From Wallemia ichthyophaga EXF-994 (taxonomy: Eukaryota > Fungi > Basidiomycota): a stretch of DNA of 62,000 bases. Below the pieces are notes generated by a model. The model made no database searches. It was not told where the DNA came from and was given only the letters and a program-made list of their open reading frames with translations. The translations under genes and the position numbers were made by a program. The stretch lies in contig NW_008806294.1 of assembly GCF_000400465.1 (NCBI RefSeq), forward strand, positions 1 to 62,000, written 5' to 3'. Below, piece after piece: positions 1-13,711 of this stretch (positions are counted from its first letter, which is position 1; each line of letters begins with the position of its first letter).

Positions 1-72
1 ACGTCAATATCGAAGTCGTAATAATTATTAATAACTAATAAATAAAGAGCGATAGGAAATCAGTTCTATTAT

Positions 73-1734
73 CTAACTGTCCTTCTTAGAAGATGGGTTT
101 TTACCGTTAGATTCTTCACATTCGGGTTTGGCTGTCGACACGTCGTCATCCGCGTCTCCATTACTCGAGCTAGCTTCTAGTTCCTTCCTTAGAGCATCTA
201 ACTCTTTCTCAAACCTGTTACACACGTAAGATTGATAAATTAGTAGTAGCATATGGCTTACCTTCTTCCGAACACCTCGACGTAATAAGAAGCACCGTCT
301 TTAGGTTGTTAGCAGTTGAAACAAAGCTAGCCGATTACTCACTCCACGTAGAAACTCCGAATATAAACAGTAAGAACATACCACTGGCGACTTTACTGTC
401 GTAAAGAATAAATACCGCAGGTAAAAGAGTCACTATGGTGTATGCGAATTGCATGAACATGAAAGCACTTTCACGCCACTTTGGCGCAATGTTGCTGAGT
501 GTCCTGCCAATAAGGCCGTGATTGTGGTGCAGCATGTAGCTAAATGATGTCGTTCTTTGACCTTTACCCTCTCCTATCTTGTGACGGCGCTCAATTAAAA
601 TATACTTCCAGTAAAGCGCCTGCCAGATGAGATATATCATTGAAGTGTATAAAAGCGCCATACCAGGTTGCAACTTGTGGATACCTTCCAGGGCTGGAAA
701 GCGATCAGTTGCGTTTGGGTAGTCGAAGATAATCGCGTGGAATACCAGCGGCGGGTACATGTGTATGAATAACGACGTTGTCTTGTCGAAACTATGGAAG
801 ACAAGACTGTTTCTCCACGTGATAACAGCGAATGCGAGCGGGCCTTGGAAGGTTGTGAGACTAGACACCTAGAAATGATATACTCACCCATTGTCATACA
901 GTAAGCTGCTACGAATACTGCCTCTGAAGACGAAAACAACCAAAGGAAAGCCAAATTGAGGATCGTAGCGTAGTAGCACATATCGAAAAGGAAGTAGTGA
1001 TATTTCAGTTGCTTGTACGTATAAGCACGGCTACGGTATGTTAGCTGCTTAACAGGATAAAAAGAAACAGCACCGACAGCGGTAAAAAGTAAAGAATCTG
1101 AACAGTGTACGATATATGCAGCCATGTTGGATTGAGAGCATAGAGTAACGCACTTCCAAGTACGTTGAATACACTTCAAGTTTTTGTAAGATAAGGTTGT
1201 TGTATTAGCCTATTGACGCACCCAAAACAGAATGACATTTTGTCACGTAACTGGACGACCTTGGCATCTTTCCACTTTGTAGACAAGTTCTGTACACGTT
1301 TACTGAGCTAATAGGCGGTCAAACAATATTCCAATGTGATACTCCAACACGATACTCACCAGCAACTTGTACTTAGCCGCTTCACGCTCGTAAAAATCTT
1401 TGGCACGTGCAGCAGCGGCAGGAAGCTTCTTATCGCCGTCGTCTTCGTTACTGGACTCATCGATGCGTGTACCGCTGCCCCTGCTTCTAATGATCTCCGC
1501 AGCCTTCTCTTTTGCAGATGTGGCTCTCTCACGAAGCTTATCCGAAGTCTCATGCAGGCGCCTCTCTATCAGATCTATTCTTGCGTCGACGTAGGTATCA
1601 ATGACTTTGATTGGATTAGAGTGATGACGCTGAATCGAGAGCACCTTACAATCGATTAATGTGAATGCGCTGGGCCATGTGATATCATCATCGCTAGACT
1701 CGTAGTCGCTGTTACTGCGACCAATATCACTCAT
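73..1734 (-). CDS. GPC1: Glycerophosphocholine acyltransferase Gpc1 (DUF2838 multi-pass membrane protein), multi-exon
   Basis: ORFs 1300-1782, 637-1179 and 335-868 are exons of one gene. Motifs KYHYFLFDMCYY, GPLAFAVITWRNSLVFHSFDKTTSLFIHMYPP and LIWQALYWKYI. ATG (MSDIGRS) at 1734. Last exon ...PSSKKDS* stops at 73-75. Confidence 0.8.
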
Positions 1735-2045
1735 GATGGGCGACGAAGAAGATGACGAAAGAGCACGCAGAGCAAATTGCAAATTGGCTGAGTCTCGACA
1801 GATGTTTGCGGGCTAGAGGCTGTCAGGGTAAGAACTTATACATTCCCAATTAGCATTTAAATGCACGCTGAATGGAGCTATCTGTATCGAAACGTGTTCC
1901 TAGAAGCCGTCAGTGCGTAGCTCAGTTTCATTTCGCATTTGGCTAAAGAATGTTTGATAGACTGGAATGTGATACCCTTATCGATATTCGTACGCGCCAG
2001 TCCGCCTTTAAAGCCTGACTGAGTCGCTTTTCCTCAACAACAACT

Positions 2046-3987
2046 ATGAAATACGGAGCAGCTGTATTATCAACCTTAATTGCTGCCGCCGTAGCCCAGC
2101 AAGATTACGCCATTCAAGGCCCTCCGCTCAGTACGAGATGGACGTCTGAGGTTGGCACGAATCCATGGCCATCGCATCCTCGTCCTCAAATGTTTAGATC
2201 GGAATGGCAAACTCTCAACGGATTATGGCAATTTAGTCCGACAGATGATAGTGGGCTTGACTCGCCTCCTACCGGACAGAATCTCGAAAGGCAAATTTTG
2301 GTACCCAGCTGTATCGAATCAGGTCTCTCTGGGATTCAAGAGGACCATGAGTACAGCTGGTGGAAAACATCTTTCCAAGCACCCAGTGATTGGCCTCAAG
2401 GAAAAACACTCCTTAATTTCGGTGCTGTTGATTACGAAGGTAGGTGGGCCTCACCGGAAAGTGAGACAAGCTAACACATCTTAGCTACTGTTTTTATAAA
2501 CGGACAAAATGCAGGCTCCCACAAGGGTGGCTATAGCAGATTCACTTTAGATATTACAAACCAACTTCAGGGTAAGCCAATCAACCCATTCGTTTCATAT
2601 AGTTAATTGATTTGACAGACATCAACGAAATATTGGTACACGTACATGACCCAACTGACTTAGAAGGTGTAAATATACCCCTCGGAAAACAACGTAGATA
2701 CCGCAGATCACATATCTTCTACCAGCCATGCACGGGTATTTGGCAGACGGCATGGATGGAGTGAGTGCGGTATAATTAACGCTAGGTATCGGACTAACCT
2801 ATGACAGGCGTGTTCCTACTGACTACATTGCGGATGTTCTCTTCGATGCGCAAGCGGATGGCAGTATTACAGCAACAATTACCGGCTCTGAGGGTGCAAG
2901 CGGCGATGTCTCAGTCAGTATCCGCGAAAAAGGCTCGAGTAACCAAGTAGCAGAAATCAGTGGTGCTATAAACACTGCCATTGCTGGTAATGTCGACAAT
3001 GTACAAGTGTGGGCACCTGGCGCCCCAGTCCTCTACGATGTCGTTGTTACATTTAAGGAAGACAGTGTGCAATCATACGCAGGATTCCGCACCGTCGCTA
3101 AGACTGAGATCAATGGCATTCAACGCCCTACGGTGAATGGAAAGTGGTACTTCCCATTCTCCACACTCGATCAAGGTTACTGGCCAGATGGAATCTACAC
3201 CCCTCCTACCAAGGAAGCAATGCAGTTCGATGTTGATTACCTCAAAGAGATCGGCTTCAATACCATAAGAAAGCACATCAAGGTTGAGCCAGATGAATAC
3301 TACGCATATACTGATCAACAAGGCATAATGGTCTTCCAGGATATGCCATCTATGCCTCACGATACCACGGCGAATGACGAGCAGACCAAGGAGTTCAATA
3401 GACAATCGCTCGAGATTGTCAAGACACACGCCTTCTTCCCATCAATTGTTACCTGGGTCATCTACAACGAGGGCTGGGGACAACAGGAAGGACCAATTGA
3501 GAAAGGAATCACTAACAACATTCGTGACAATGATGGAACACGCATAATTGACTCTGTTAGTGGATGGAACGATAATGGATTCGGAGATTACAAGGATGTT
3601 CACAGTTACTCGGAGAGCCAATGCGGTATGGTCAACAACGATACTCGAATCCAGATCCAAGGAGAGTTTGGTGGCGTTGGACTCAACCTGTCAGCCGACC
3701 AACTGTGGCCAGACCCAGCAGCTATCGCAACCATTCCAGAGACTTACGAAATAGCAACGGATGTCGGAGCGTACAACAACCGCTCAATCGAGGTTATTGA
3801 CGTCCTCACCAGTCAAGTTAGAAACAACAAGTGCTCTGGCGGTGTATATACCCAAACTACCGATACAGAGGGCGAAGTAAACGGATTGATCTCGTACAGC
3901 AGGGATGTCTCCAAGGCAAATATCGATTCGTGGAAGTCAGCTCTCCAAAGACTCTACGACGCAGCGAGAGAGAAAGGCGGCTTTTGA
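2046..3987 (+). CDS. Secreted glycoside hydrolase family 2 (beta-galactosidase/glucuronidase-like), ~4 introns
   Basis: Signal peptide MKYGAAVLSTLIAAAVA. GH2 sugar-binding motifs HPRPQ..W..LNGLWQF and LLNFGAVDYE. TIM-barrel motifs LDQGYWPDG, GFNTIRKHIKVEP, acid/base WVIYNEGWGQ, nucleophile QGEFGG, YTQTTDTEGEVNGL. Confidence 0.88.
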
Positions 3988-4118
3988 TACCCAATTTGGA
4001 TTCTATGGCTTTGATGCCATGTTAATATATTTAATATGTTTATAGTTTTATTTATGCATCTTAATGGATAATTTAGGGTACTTGATGTTGTTGTGATTTG
4101 TTTGACTTTGGAGTGTGT

Positions 4119-4153
4119 ACGCGTTGAGTGTGTTGTATACTACATTTACGCGT
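4119..4153. promoter_or_regulatory. Two MCB boxes (ACGCGT at 4119-4124 and 4148-4153) upstream of CDC45
   Basis: Exact MluI hexamers about 90-125 bp upstream of the CDC45 ATG (4244). MCB/MBF control of G1/S replication genes is established in yeasts. Confidence 0.55.
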
Positions 4154-4243
4154 ATAAATTTATTTGCAATCGCGCATAGAATCTTCATGTGAAACGTGCT
4201 CTCTACGCCTTTCATTATCACAGTCGTCTTCTCAACAACGTGA

Positions 4244-6510
4244 ATGCTGCTAGCACCGCCAGACACAAGCAATCCGCGCATTAAATCGTATGGATCAGCC
4301 TACAAAGAGATAATAAATACATCGAGGAAGCGTCAATCATCAGCCAATGCGGTTGTGATACTAGCAGCACCTGACGTTGATGCTCTATGTGGCGTTCGTA
4401 TCCTGGTAGATATGCTCAAAATTGACGGCATATTGCACAATGTCAGAGTTGTGAGTGGATACGCTGAGCTGGAGAACGTTAGAGGTGAAATCGTGGAGGA
4501 TCCTGAGGTGAGTGTCTGTGGAGTGATAGCATATGAATTAACACCTTAAAGCTCCACAGCGTCGTGATTCTAGGATTTGGAAGCTTACTCACACTATCTT
4601 CTCAATTTGCCTTGCATTCTGGCGTTACAGTCCACCTCGTTGATTCATCAAGACCTTGGAACTTAGCCAACGCGTTTGGAGGGTTTGGCGGAGGCGAATA
4701 TGATGAAGCGAAAGTACTAGTTTGGGACGATGGCTATTACAATGCCAAAGAAATGGAAGATCTTAAGAAGAGCTGGGAGGCACTGGAGGTGTGTTGACAC
4801 GAGTATTTGCGAGTTTGAGTTCACAATTACGCATAGTATGACCCTGAAGACTCAGAAGATGATTCGGAAGACTCAGAGGACTCCTTGGACGATGATAGCG
4901 AAGATGACAATGACAACGGTGTTGCCGATAGTGATGAGGACGCAAATCCACCTGCTAAAAGAGCAAGACTCAATCCAAAGGTCATTAGCCTGTTACTTAT
5001 ATGGAAATGGCTAACTCGAACAACAGAAAGCTCGAAAGAAGCTCAAGCAAGACAGACAGGTACACAGAAGCAAGCTTTCAAAGTACTACAATAGCGGCTC
5101 TTCGCATGGCATGAGCGTAAGCTGCGTAATGTATATTTTAACAGTAGAACTCGAACGCGCTGTCAACGATCTCGTCTGGTATGCCATACTTGGGTTGACA
5201 TATCAGTACATCTCAGCTCAAATATCACGCTCCCAATATGACGATCGATATGTTCTCTTGCGAGATGAAGTAGCCCGTCTGAATCCACCAACGATAGGTG
5301 AGACGGTCACCAATCCAGATGATTACAGCATATCAATCAAAGAAGAGTTACGATTCCCTTTGCTTCGTCACTGGAGCTTATACGATAGTATGATACACTC
5401 AGAATACATAGCGAGTAAACTAGGTATATGGAAAGAGGGAGGCAAAAAGCGATTACATGGATTCCTTGCAGAGATGGGTTTGCCGTTAGTGCAAGCTCAA
5501 CAGTCCTATGCTCACATGGATACGGATTTAAAGCGAGCTTTACCTGTGAAGGTGGAGAACACTGCACCTAGACACCAGTTAGTAGATTTGTCGTACCCTT
5601 CATTTGTTAGGAGCTTTGGTTTGAGATCACTTCCGCTGGCTGCTGCTGATGCGGTAGAGGCTATCAACGCACTGTTGCAGGCAGCAACTGGCATCAATAT
5701 CTACGTTGATGACGGCAAAGGCGGTGGTGAACTGTTCAGTAACGTTCGATTGTGGGAAATTACGAGTCTGTTCGGCAATACAGTTGACAACAAAGAAAAT
5801 AAGCGCAATCTTACATTCTTTGGTCAGATGGAGGAAGGTGATGAAGATATTACTGCACTTATAAAGAAGAAAAATGATGAAAGGAGCTGGGAAAGGAATT
5901 TCTGGATTGCGTATGATGCTTTAAACAATAATGTTTCCAGGCTTAGAGCATCTATTCCATTATGTATCTCTTTGCATAGAGCAGTGCTACGGACCGGAGC
6001 AAGTTTAATTGAACAGAAGGTCATTCGGAATCTCAGTCTGTTCAGGCTGGCTATCTTGAAAGAAGGGCCAGATCTCGCACTATTTTGCAACCCAGCACCC
6101 CTTTCTCGTCTAACAAAGTGGCTGATAGAAGCATTGAGAGATCGTATTGTCTCCAAGACTAAAGGTGGCAAGGTTATAGACCCGCGCACTGGGTCACAAA
6201 AGAGATTGAAAGACCTACCATTTATCGTTGGATGTCTAAACGAAAAGACTGGCACCTACCTCGTTGCAGGTATGACAGGTTCCACTTTATTTGACGACGC
6301 CAGAAAAAAGTGAGTCAGGTCTTGTTATGTTTATTCCTACTAACAGAAGACTTAAGTAAACTGGGTACAGTCTTTCATGATGCGGCTGAGTCCACTCGTA
6401 CTAGATCTAAGCATGACTGGTTCGATACAGCCGTTGTCGAAATCCACGGTGATGATCTCCAAGATTTTATCGAAGGTGTACAAGCAGGTCTGGCAGAAAG
6501 CAATTATTAG
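4244..6510 (+). CDS. CDC45: DNA replication initiation factor Cdc45, multi-exon
   Basis: VVILAAPDVDALCGVRIL, VHLVDSSRPWNLAN, acidic loop, EELRFPLLRHWSLYDSMIHSEYIASKLGIW, HWFDTAVVEI. GT..AG introns at about 4508, 4790, 4981 and 6310. Confidence 0.92.
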
Positions 6511-6623
6511 CATACCCAACAGCATGAACATATATTAACTACTATAGTGTACAATAACAAGTCCAAAAAAGTAATCTATAAATCCATGATTTTGCATTGA
6601 ATGGTATATGTGGCATACAATAA

Positions 6624-7855
6624 CTATTGTCGAGATTTCTTTGACGAACTTGGCTCTTCCATTTCAACGTCTTCTTCGTCTCGCGGTCTCTCCAGTCTGA
6701 ATCCATTAGAGGCGTCTTGCACATTCCATACAGCAATTTTTGCATCCTCCGCCACTGAAACGATTGCGTTCAGCTGTTTATCAAAGGCGACAGCTCTGAT
6801 AAGTTCTGAATGACCGCCTTTCATGACTCTTTCCAGCTGGATGCTATCAGACTTTAAGTCTGTCATTATTGAAAATTCTCCGCTGAGTTATTCGTCAGGG
6901 ATGTACGTAGAAAACAGTCTACATACCTCGATCTACCGCCAAACATTACTAAGTTGTTTTCTAACTCTGTGATATTGATTATATAATCATTATCCCAGCG
7001 ATTATCGAGCGACCGCTGTCTAATGTCGCCCAAATCTTTCTGCAATTCGATTTCCTTGGTGAATGTGAGTGGTGGTAGTGGATTTCATAATTTCAAATTC
7101 ACATTCTCACTATCAAGAGTGTAAAATGCAGCGCTTTGCATGTCAGTGAAGGCGTATATGGTTCCGTCGGACAGGAGGCCAGCGTCTGCAATACTAGAAC
7201 CGACGTTGACGCATCCCATACTAGCGTCGTTATCGTCTTCTATGCTTGGATCTACATACATGAGCAAACCATCAGTAGCAGCGGTAAGAAGATGGTTGTT
7301 TGGTAGGAATTTGAGAGTGGTGATATCATCAGAGTGCAGTTCATCATATCTTCTGAGGTGAGTCTTGGTGTTTCGTATATCCCTGAGTATAAGCGATTAG
7401 ATGATTATGTTGATTCACAACGAAACTCACCAAATGATAGCGCTAGCGTCGTCGTTGACGAGCTCTGTGCCTGCAGCTAAGGCATTACTTGAAGAATCAA
7501 GCGCAAGAGCTTGAATAGGAGCCTTTTTACCTTTTGTAGACTTAACGAGTACGTTTGTTGCGTTATCACCGTTCATTCTCTGATCCCAAAGCCAAACATT
7601 GCCGTCGAAATCAGCAGAAGCGACAGCGTTTGGGTCATGAGGACAACCAATTAGCTTGGAAACTCTACTTTGATGTGGAATTATACTACGTGGTTTTAAA
7701 TTAGCCCTATCTAGGAGGAGAACGTTTTGTTGAGAAGACACGGCCAAAGATGAATCTAAGGGGAGAATCGCAGTGAGATAACTTGTAGAGTGAGGTTTGG
7801 TGATTGAAGACGGCGAAGAGTGCGTCTTTATCCATTTACTTTCAAGTAGTGACAT
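6624..7855 (-). CDS. WD40 repeat protein, WDR89/YNL035C-like, multi-exon
   Basis: ASADFDGNVWLWDQR, LAAGTELVNDDASAII(W), SDDITTLKF..LLTAATDGL, GGHSELIRAVAFD. Confidence 0.75.
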
Positions 7856-7889
7856 TATCCTTTTGTCGTGACAGTGGGCTCTTGAGGAA

Positions 7890-9985
7890 ATGCAACCAAG
7901 ATCAACGGATATTGTAAAATCTAATCAGCCGTTGTATGCCTATACGCTACCCGATCAACTTCTGCAGCGTCTCAAGCTTCGTTCGGTTGGCGCTCAAGAT
8001 GAAGACGAAAATGTTGACGCCGGCAGCGAGGAAGACGATGAGCAAGACGCGAAGAATGAACCAGGTGAATATAGGACCACGCCAAGAAGGAAGAAATACT
8101 TCTGCTCGACTACGCAAGCTTCTTTTGATACAATTGAGGAATTACGTATGCATTTCCACTCAGATTGGTACAGATACTGCGTTAAATTGAAAGCTGATGG
8201 AAAAGAACCAGTAACTGAGGAGGCTTTTGAGGATATGTTGGATGATGTTTCCTCTAGCAGCGATGAGGACGGCGATGAAGACAAATTGACGCAACTGCTG
8301 AGGAAGCAGACAAAGCTCAATACTCTATCAAACAGCAAAGAAGATGATGTAGAGGATTTCGACACTCAAAGAGCATTGAGTCGCACTCCCGTCGTCTGGT
8401 TTGAAGTAGGTGATGATAACCTCGATGACGCCACACCGGGTGCTCAATTAGGTGTTTATAGAGCACTTTTCCCTTCACCTACACCGCCCAACAACGAAAT
8501 CTTAGATCACTTGAACAAATTTCAGCTCAACGATTCTCAACTCAACGCCACTGATTCACCGCGCAGATGGACGCTAATCATGATCGGCGGTGGTCACTTT
8601 GCAGCCTGCGTAGTATCTATAGTACCTCAAGTTGTGCGTAGAAACAAAAGGACCGAAGTCGATATCGGTGTCGTCCTTAAGCAGAAGACTTTCCACAGAT
8701 ACACGAGTGAGTGTTGGCTTTACTTGACAGCACCCCGCTAATAATCTCCCAAGCGCGTCGCAAACAGGGTGGAGCACAATCGAGTAATGATATGGCCAAA
8801 GGCAAAGCCAACTCTGCCGGTGCAATGATTAGACGATACAACGAGCAAGCGTTGGCTGAGGTAGGGATGCTATCATGCGGAAGAATGAGCCTAACAAAGT
8901 GTAGGATGTTCGAGCACTCATGAATGAATGGAAGGACGATATTGATGGCTCGGAACGTATCTTTGCCCGAGCGACGAGCAGCTCAAACAGGCGAATCTTG
9001 TTTGGAGGAGCGAATAATGACGACTGTGTGATAAAGAAGAGTGTGTCAACTCACACCTATTTCTTTCAATACTAATAAAATTTCAGCTGACCCTCGTATA
9101 CGCGGTTTCCCATTCCCGACACGCAGGCCAACCCACAATGAGCTGATAAGGTGTTTCCAAGAGCTCACTAAGGTCAAGACGACATACTTGACTCGCAACC
9201 AGCTGCGTGAGCAAGATGAAGATTGGCTGGCTAAGGTGGTACCAAAACCTAAAGTCTTACCAAGCCAACCGCAACAGCAAACCGCTCAACCTGAGAAGCC
9301 ACGCGCTCTTACAGCTGAAGAAGAAGAAGAAATTTTCGTCAAAGAAGTAAAAAGTAGGGCTATAGAGATGGTGTCCAAGGATAGGCTGGAAGCACTAAAG
9401 ACACATATGGATCGACACTCGGGAATATTAACAAATCCTAGCATTATTATGGAGAATGGAAGTACTTTGTTACAGATAGCAGCTGCGAACAATTCCCACA
9501 ACGTTGTCACATGGTTGCTGCTCGAGAAACAGGTTGACCCTGCTGTTTTCGGTGGTAACAAAACAGCTTACGAGCTGTCGAAGAGTAAGGAGAGCAGAGA
9601 TGCGTTTAGAATAGCGATGGGTAAGTTGCCTGAGAGATGGGATTGGGTTGAAGGTGCAAGAGTGCCTAGTTCATTGACGCAAGAGCAGCTAGAGCAGTCG
9701 TCAACATCAGCGAGAGAAAAAGAAAGAAGGAAGAACCTCAAAGACAGGATGAAAGAGAAGAGGGGCGCACGCGAACAGCAAGAAGTTAAACAAAGAGAAG
9801 AAGAGGAGGCTAAGGAGAAAGAAAGGATTGCAAAAATACCTTCACATGCAACTACCAACACACTGGGTGGAAATGCAAACACACTCGCGACAGCTGGACT
9901 CAGTGGTGATCTCAAAGTTAAAGTAGAGAGGGAAAGACGTGCACGTGCAGCCGAAGCGCGAATGGCAAACATAACGAAGAATTAG
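7890..9985 (+). CDS. VMS1: Vms1/ANKZF1 ribosome quality-control factor (C2H2-like, VLRF1, ankyrin, coiled coil)
   Basis: LRMHFHSDWYRYCVK, LIMIGGGHFAACV, KTFHRYT-RRKQGGAQS, SAGAMIRRYNEQAL, FPTRRPTHNELIRCF, ankyrin repeat, ERERRARAAEAR. Confidence 0.92.
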
Positions 9986-10212
9986 AACTAGTTTTAAACA
10001 TGCATTTTAGATTACGAAAATGATTATGTTGTGTTGTTTTCACTATGTCTTGCTTGTTTCATGTTGCTTTTGAACTTTAAGATGTGAGTTGAGTTGAGAT
10101 AGAGGATGTGATAAACGAGTTGATTAAGAATGTATGTTTAGATAAAGAAGAAGGAAAGGAGTGAATTTGATTGAAAGTAAGATTACCAATACCTCATTAG
10201 AGTACACAGTAC

Positions 10213-13167
10213 TCAAACTCCGCCTAGATTTGCACGCCCTTGTAAAAGACTATACAATTGAGCACGTGCATCATCTTGATTGCGCTGTTGTTGACTTAAA
10301 CCAGGTGGTGGTAAATTACTTTGTGAAGGTGGGCTGTTAGCAGGTATATTAAACAGTTGATTTAATGTTGCGTTACCCATTCCCATACCGAACCCAGGAG
10401 GAGGTTGTTGTATCTGAGATAAGTGCGGAGTTGGTGTGACTTGTTGTTGTTGTTGTTGTTGTTGTTGTTGGGCTTGCGCAAACATTAATTCAGCATGTGG
10501 AGATGGAGATGACATTGACATGATTGCTGGATCCTGAAAAGGTATGTCTGGAAAAGTTAGTAAGTGATAAATTCAACAAAACTTTACCCACCATATGTGG
10601 ACGCTTGCGATGGCATTGGCGAGTTGTTTCCAAGACCTGGCGGTGGTCCTGCGATGCCTGGAGGTGGGCCGTTGACCATGTTGCGAGACAGAGCAGGAGA
10701 GTTGCGTTGCTGTTGTTGTTGATGTTGCTGCTCAAACATCATGGCACTCGATGGAGCACCACTGCTACCTGCACCCGGCTGAGCATCCACGAGCAAGTCG
10801 TGAGCTGGATCCTCGAACGAACCAAGCTGCTGTTCACTTCTGGCAAAATCAAATCGAGATGATCTTCTGATATTTTCATCTTGACTGTATCCAAATGATC
10901 TCAGTCCAGGTGGAGGTGGAGGTGGAGGCGGATGATGTATGTGATGTGGCTGATGAACTGGAGCCTGCGTCATTCCAGCCAAATTCATCTGTTCAAACTG
11001 CTTATCTATACTACTATGACTATGCTGATCTATGTGTTGTGGGTGTGGGTGGTGTTGATGCTGCTGTTTCTGATGCTGTTGTTGTTGCTGCTGCTTTAGC
11101 TGAGAATTTGGGAATGATCCAAACGGTGCAAATGTTTCATCGAATGGATTAAATGCCCCAGTGTAGATTGGTCCAGGTGAGGTTTGGACTGAAGGTTGCT
11201 GAACATTTCTCTGCTGTGACACTTGTTTACGTTGAAAGTGATCATAAGTTGACATATAGCTTATTGAAGGATCATTACCGAACAAATAACTAACAGATGA
11301 TAGTACATTCTGACTATCGACAGGTCTACTAAGGTTAGACTGCTGCAGCGGCGACTTGTGAAGAGCATTGTTATTATCCTCAACACCCATGCTAAAGCTA
11401 AAGTCGTTTCCACCTGACTTGAAGAGCGATAAAACATCATCAATTTCGTCATCCCGACTCTTTTTCATTGGTTGCACAGGCATTGGATGTGGAGAAAGCC
11501 CAGCTAAGCCAGGAGGTGGTAAACTTGGTGATAAACCAGGTGGTAACATAGTAATTGGTTTAGAGGATAATCCAGGTGGTGGTGGTGCAGGTGATTGTTT
11601 TGACAAACCAGGCGGAGGACCAGTTGGAGAAACTGTTGCACTTGTACTCACTGGTACCTGCTTTGGTATAAGATTATTCAAATCAGGTGATTGATTATTA
11701 CTACTTTGTTGAACAACTGAAGAAGGTCTTGATAAGGGTTTGTCATAATTCGCATTTGATCGCATAACTTGATTTATATTTTGATTTGAATTTTGACTTT
11801 GAAATTGTGGACGAATGATTCTATTCGGAGGATTCGAAGAGACTGGAGTTCGACGAATGGAAGATAAGTGGGATGATTGTGAAGGTGTAGGGAATTGAGA
11901 TGTGGGTAAGTTGGTGATTGTACTAGCTGTTGAAGCGCTCGTAGGTTGACTACCTGGTTTAGCCCATGAAGCAGATTTTGGTAGTTGTTGAGCATGAGTG
12001 GTTTCAATATCATGTATTTGAGGCCTGCGTATAGTAGGAGTATTGTAATTTGGTTGATTATGCTGCGTAGAAGAATTTTGATTGAAATGATGAGAATTTT
12101 GATAATAATGTTGTGGTGGTGGTGGGGTTGGTAATGGAGCAGCGTTGGCAAAAGGTCTCCTGAAACCGCCAGCGCCACCGGTATCACCAGCAGGGAAAGA
12201 GGAAGAAGTTAAATCTTCCTTTGTGAAACTATCATTCTCATCTGCAGGTTCGTGAAGTAAAGAACAATTTGGATCAGAGCAGAAAATATTGCGCAAGTAG
12301 TTGGTGCAATACTTTGAAGTACCGTAGCTTGCTCTTAAAACACCACCTTGAGCAGGATCAATAAGGTTTACACCATCGACGCAATTTATGGCAAGTAAAG
12401 CATCTTCAGATCTTTGGTATAATATGTAAATACCAACGATAGGGCTATCAGAGATAGAGTGACTTGAAGGAGGTCTCTTTGTAAGTGATAATTTTAGTAT
12501 GCGTCCGTATTGACCAAAGTAATCAGGGGATTTGAGTAAAGGCAGCATTTCTTCGGAGAAAGACTGAGGCCAGCCAACTACATAAGCTAAAGAGCGTTGA
12601 ATAACTCTAACATCGGCTAATCTGGATCTGCCGAGGTTGTCAAGCTCCTTTTTCTCCTTCTCCTTCGATTTTTTCTGGCGTTCGATGCGTTTGACGCTGG
12701 GAGTGAAATGAGTTGGGGTATAGGGCAATGAGAAGAAAGAAACTCACTCTTCTGCAGCGACAGGCTGAAATTTAGCGCCTTCGTTGGTGTATTCTCTTCG
12801 ACAAGCGGGGCACTTTCTATTCAAGTTTTCCTTAATACGATGCCAGCAGAATCTACAGATCTGTGAGGTTGTCAGAAGTGAAAATATACGCCGTTTAAAC
12901 CCACTTGATATCCACAGGGACACGGCTTGAAGTTCAAATCAGATATGTCCATTTCATCTAAGCAAAGTGGACAATCTCTATCTTCCTAGAGAGAAGTGAG
13001 TAAACTTGATGATTCAAATACACCAAACACACCTCATCATCTGACCAGTAAGCGTCTCTTAAACCTTTGAATAGATCCTTATCTTGATTTACCTGTACAG
13101 ATCCACTACTTGGCGTATGAGGAAGCGTCTTTGGTATTCCCAGATTCAACAGCGTCGTTTTATACAT
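10213..13167 (-). CDS. NOT4: CCR4-NOT E3 ubiquitin ligase Not4 (RING + RRM + long Q/P-rich tail)
   Basis: Reassembled exons give DAYWSDDE-DCPLCLDEMDISDLNFKPCPCGYQ-ICRFCWHRIKENLNRKCPACRR. Then VRVIQRSLAYVVG, YFGQYGRI and ASYGTSKYCTNYLR. Confidence 0.9.
10441..10470. repeat. (TTG)10 microsatellite encoding poly-Gln in Not4
   Basis: Directly visible. Translates as QQQQQQQQQ on the minus strand. Confidence 0.9.
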
Positions 13168-13711
13168 TTTAGCCTCAACGAAACTTGACGGTACGATTGT
13201 AAGGAAGATTGTGAGCAAATATTTTATAATCAAGTAGAGACGCTAAGGGGATTGAATTTAAAATTACATCCATATTTCAGTCTTTATAAACGTTTATTCA
13301 AGATATCTTTGTGATTTTGAGTGTTTTGATTGGTGAAATGGGGAGTAGGGGTATAGGGATTTGGATTTGATGGTAGTATGTTTGTGTTATATGTTCAATA
13401 TCCTCTAAATACCATACAAAGATTACAAATTGAAACTGAAATTGAGTTCAGTGCGTTGCGTTGCGTCGCGTAACTGAGAAAATCCAATCAATAAGCTTTT
13501 ATTGGAGTGTTTTATAGTGTTTGAATGTGCATCATCTTCGCCCCCTCAAACCCCTTAAATTAGAATATAAAAATTAAAATATTCCGTTCATACCCACTCC
13601 AATACTACCCTTGACTTAGACCAGCGAATACCTCGACGAAATTGGAAATATTGGAGAAATTGTGGGTTTTAATAGTAGAATTCAAAGGTAGACTATTGAA
13701 TTATTATTAGA

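Noticed and set aside
1300-1782. 160-aa ORF as a separate gene
   Set aside because: It contains the acidic/coiled N-terminal exons of GPC1.
2046-3987. Recent bacterial horizontal transfer of the GH2 gene
   Set aside because: It has several spliceosomal introns, a fungal signal peptide and host-like composition. An ancient origin cannot be judged without a phylogeny.
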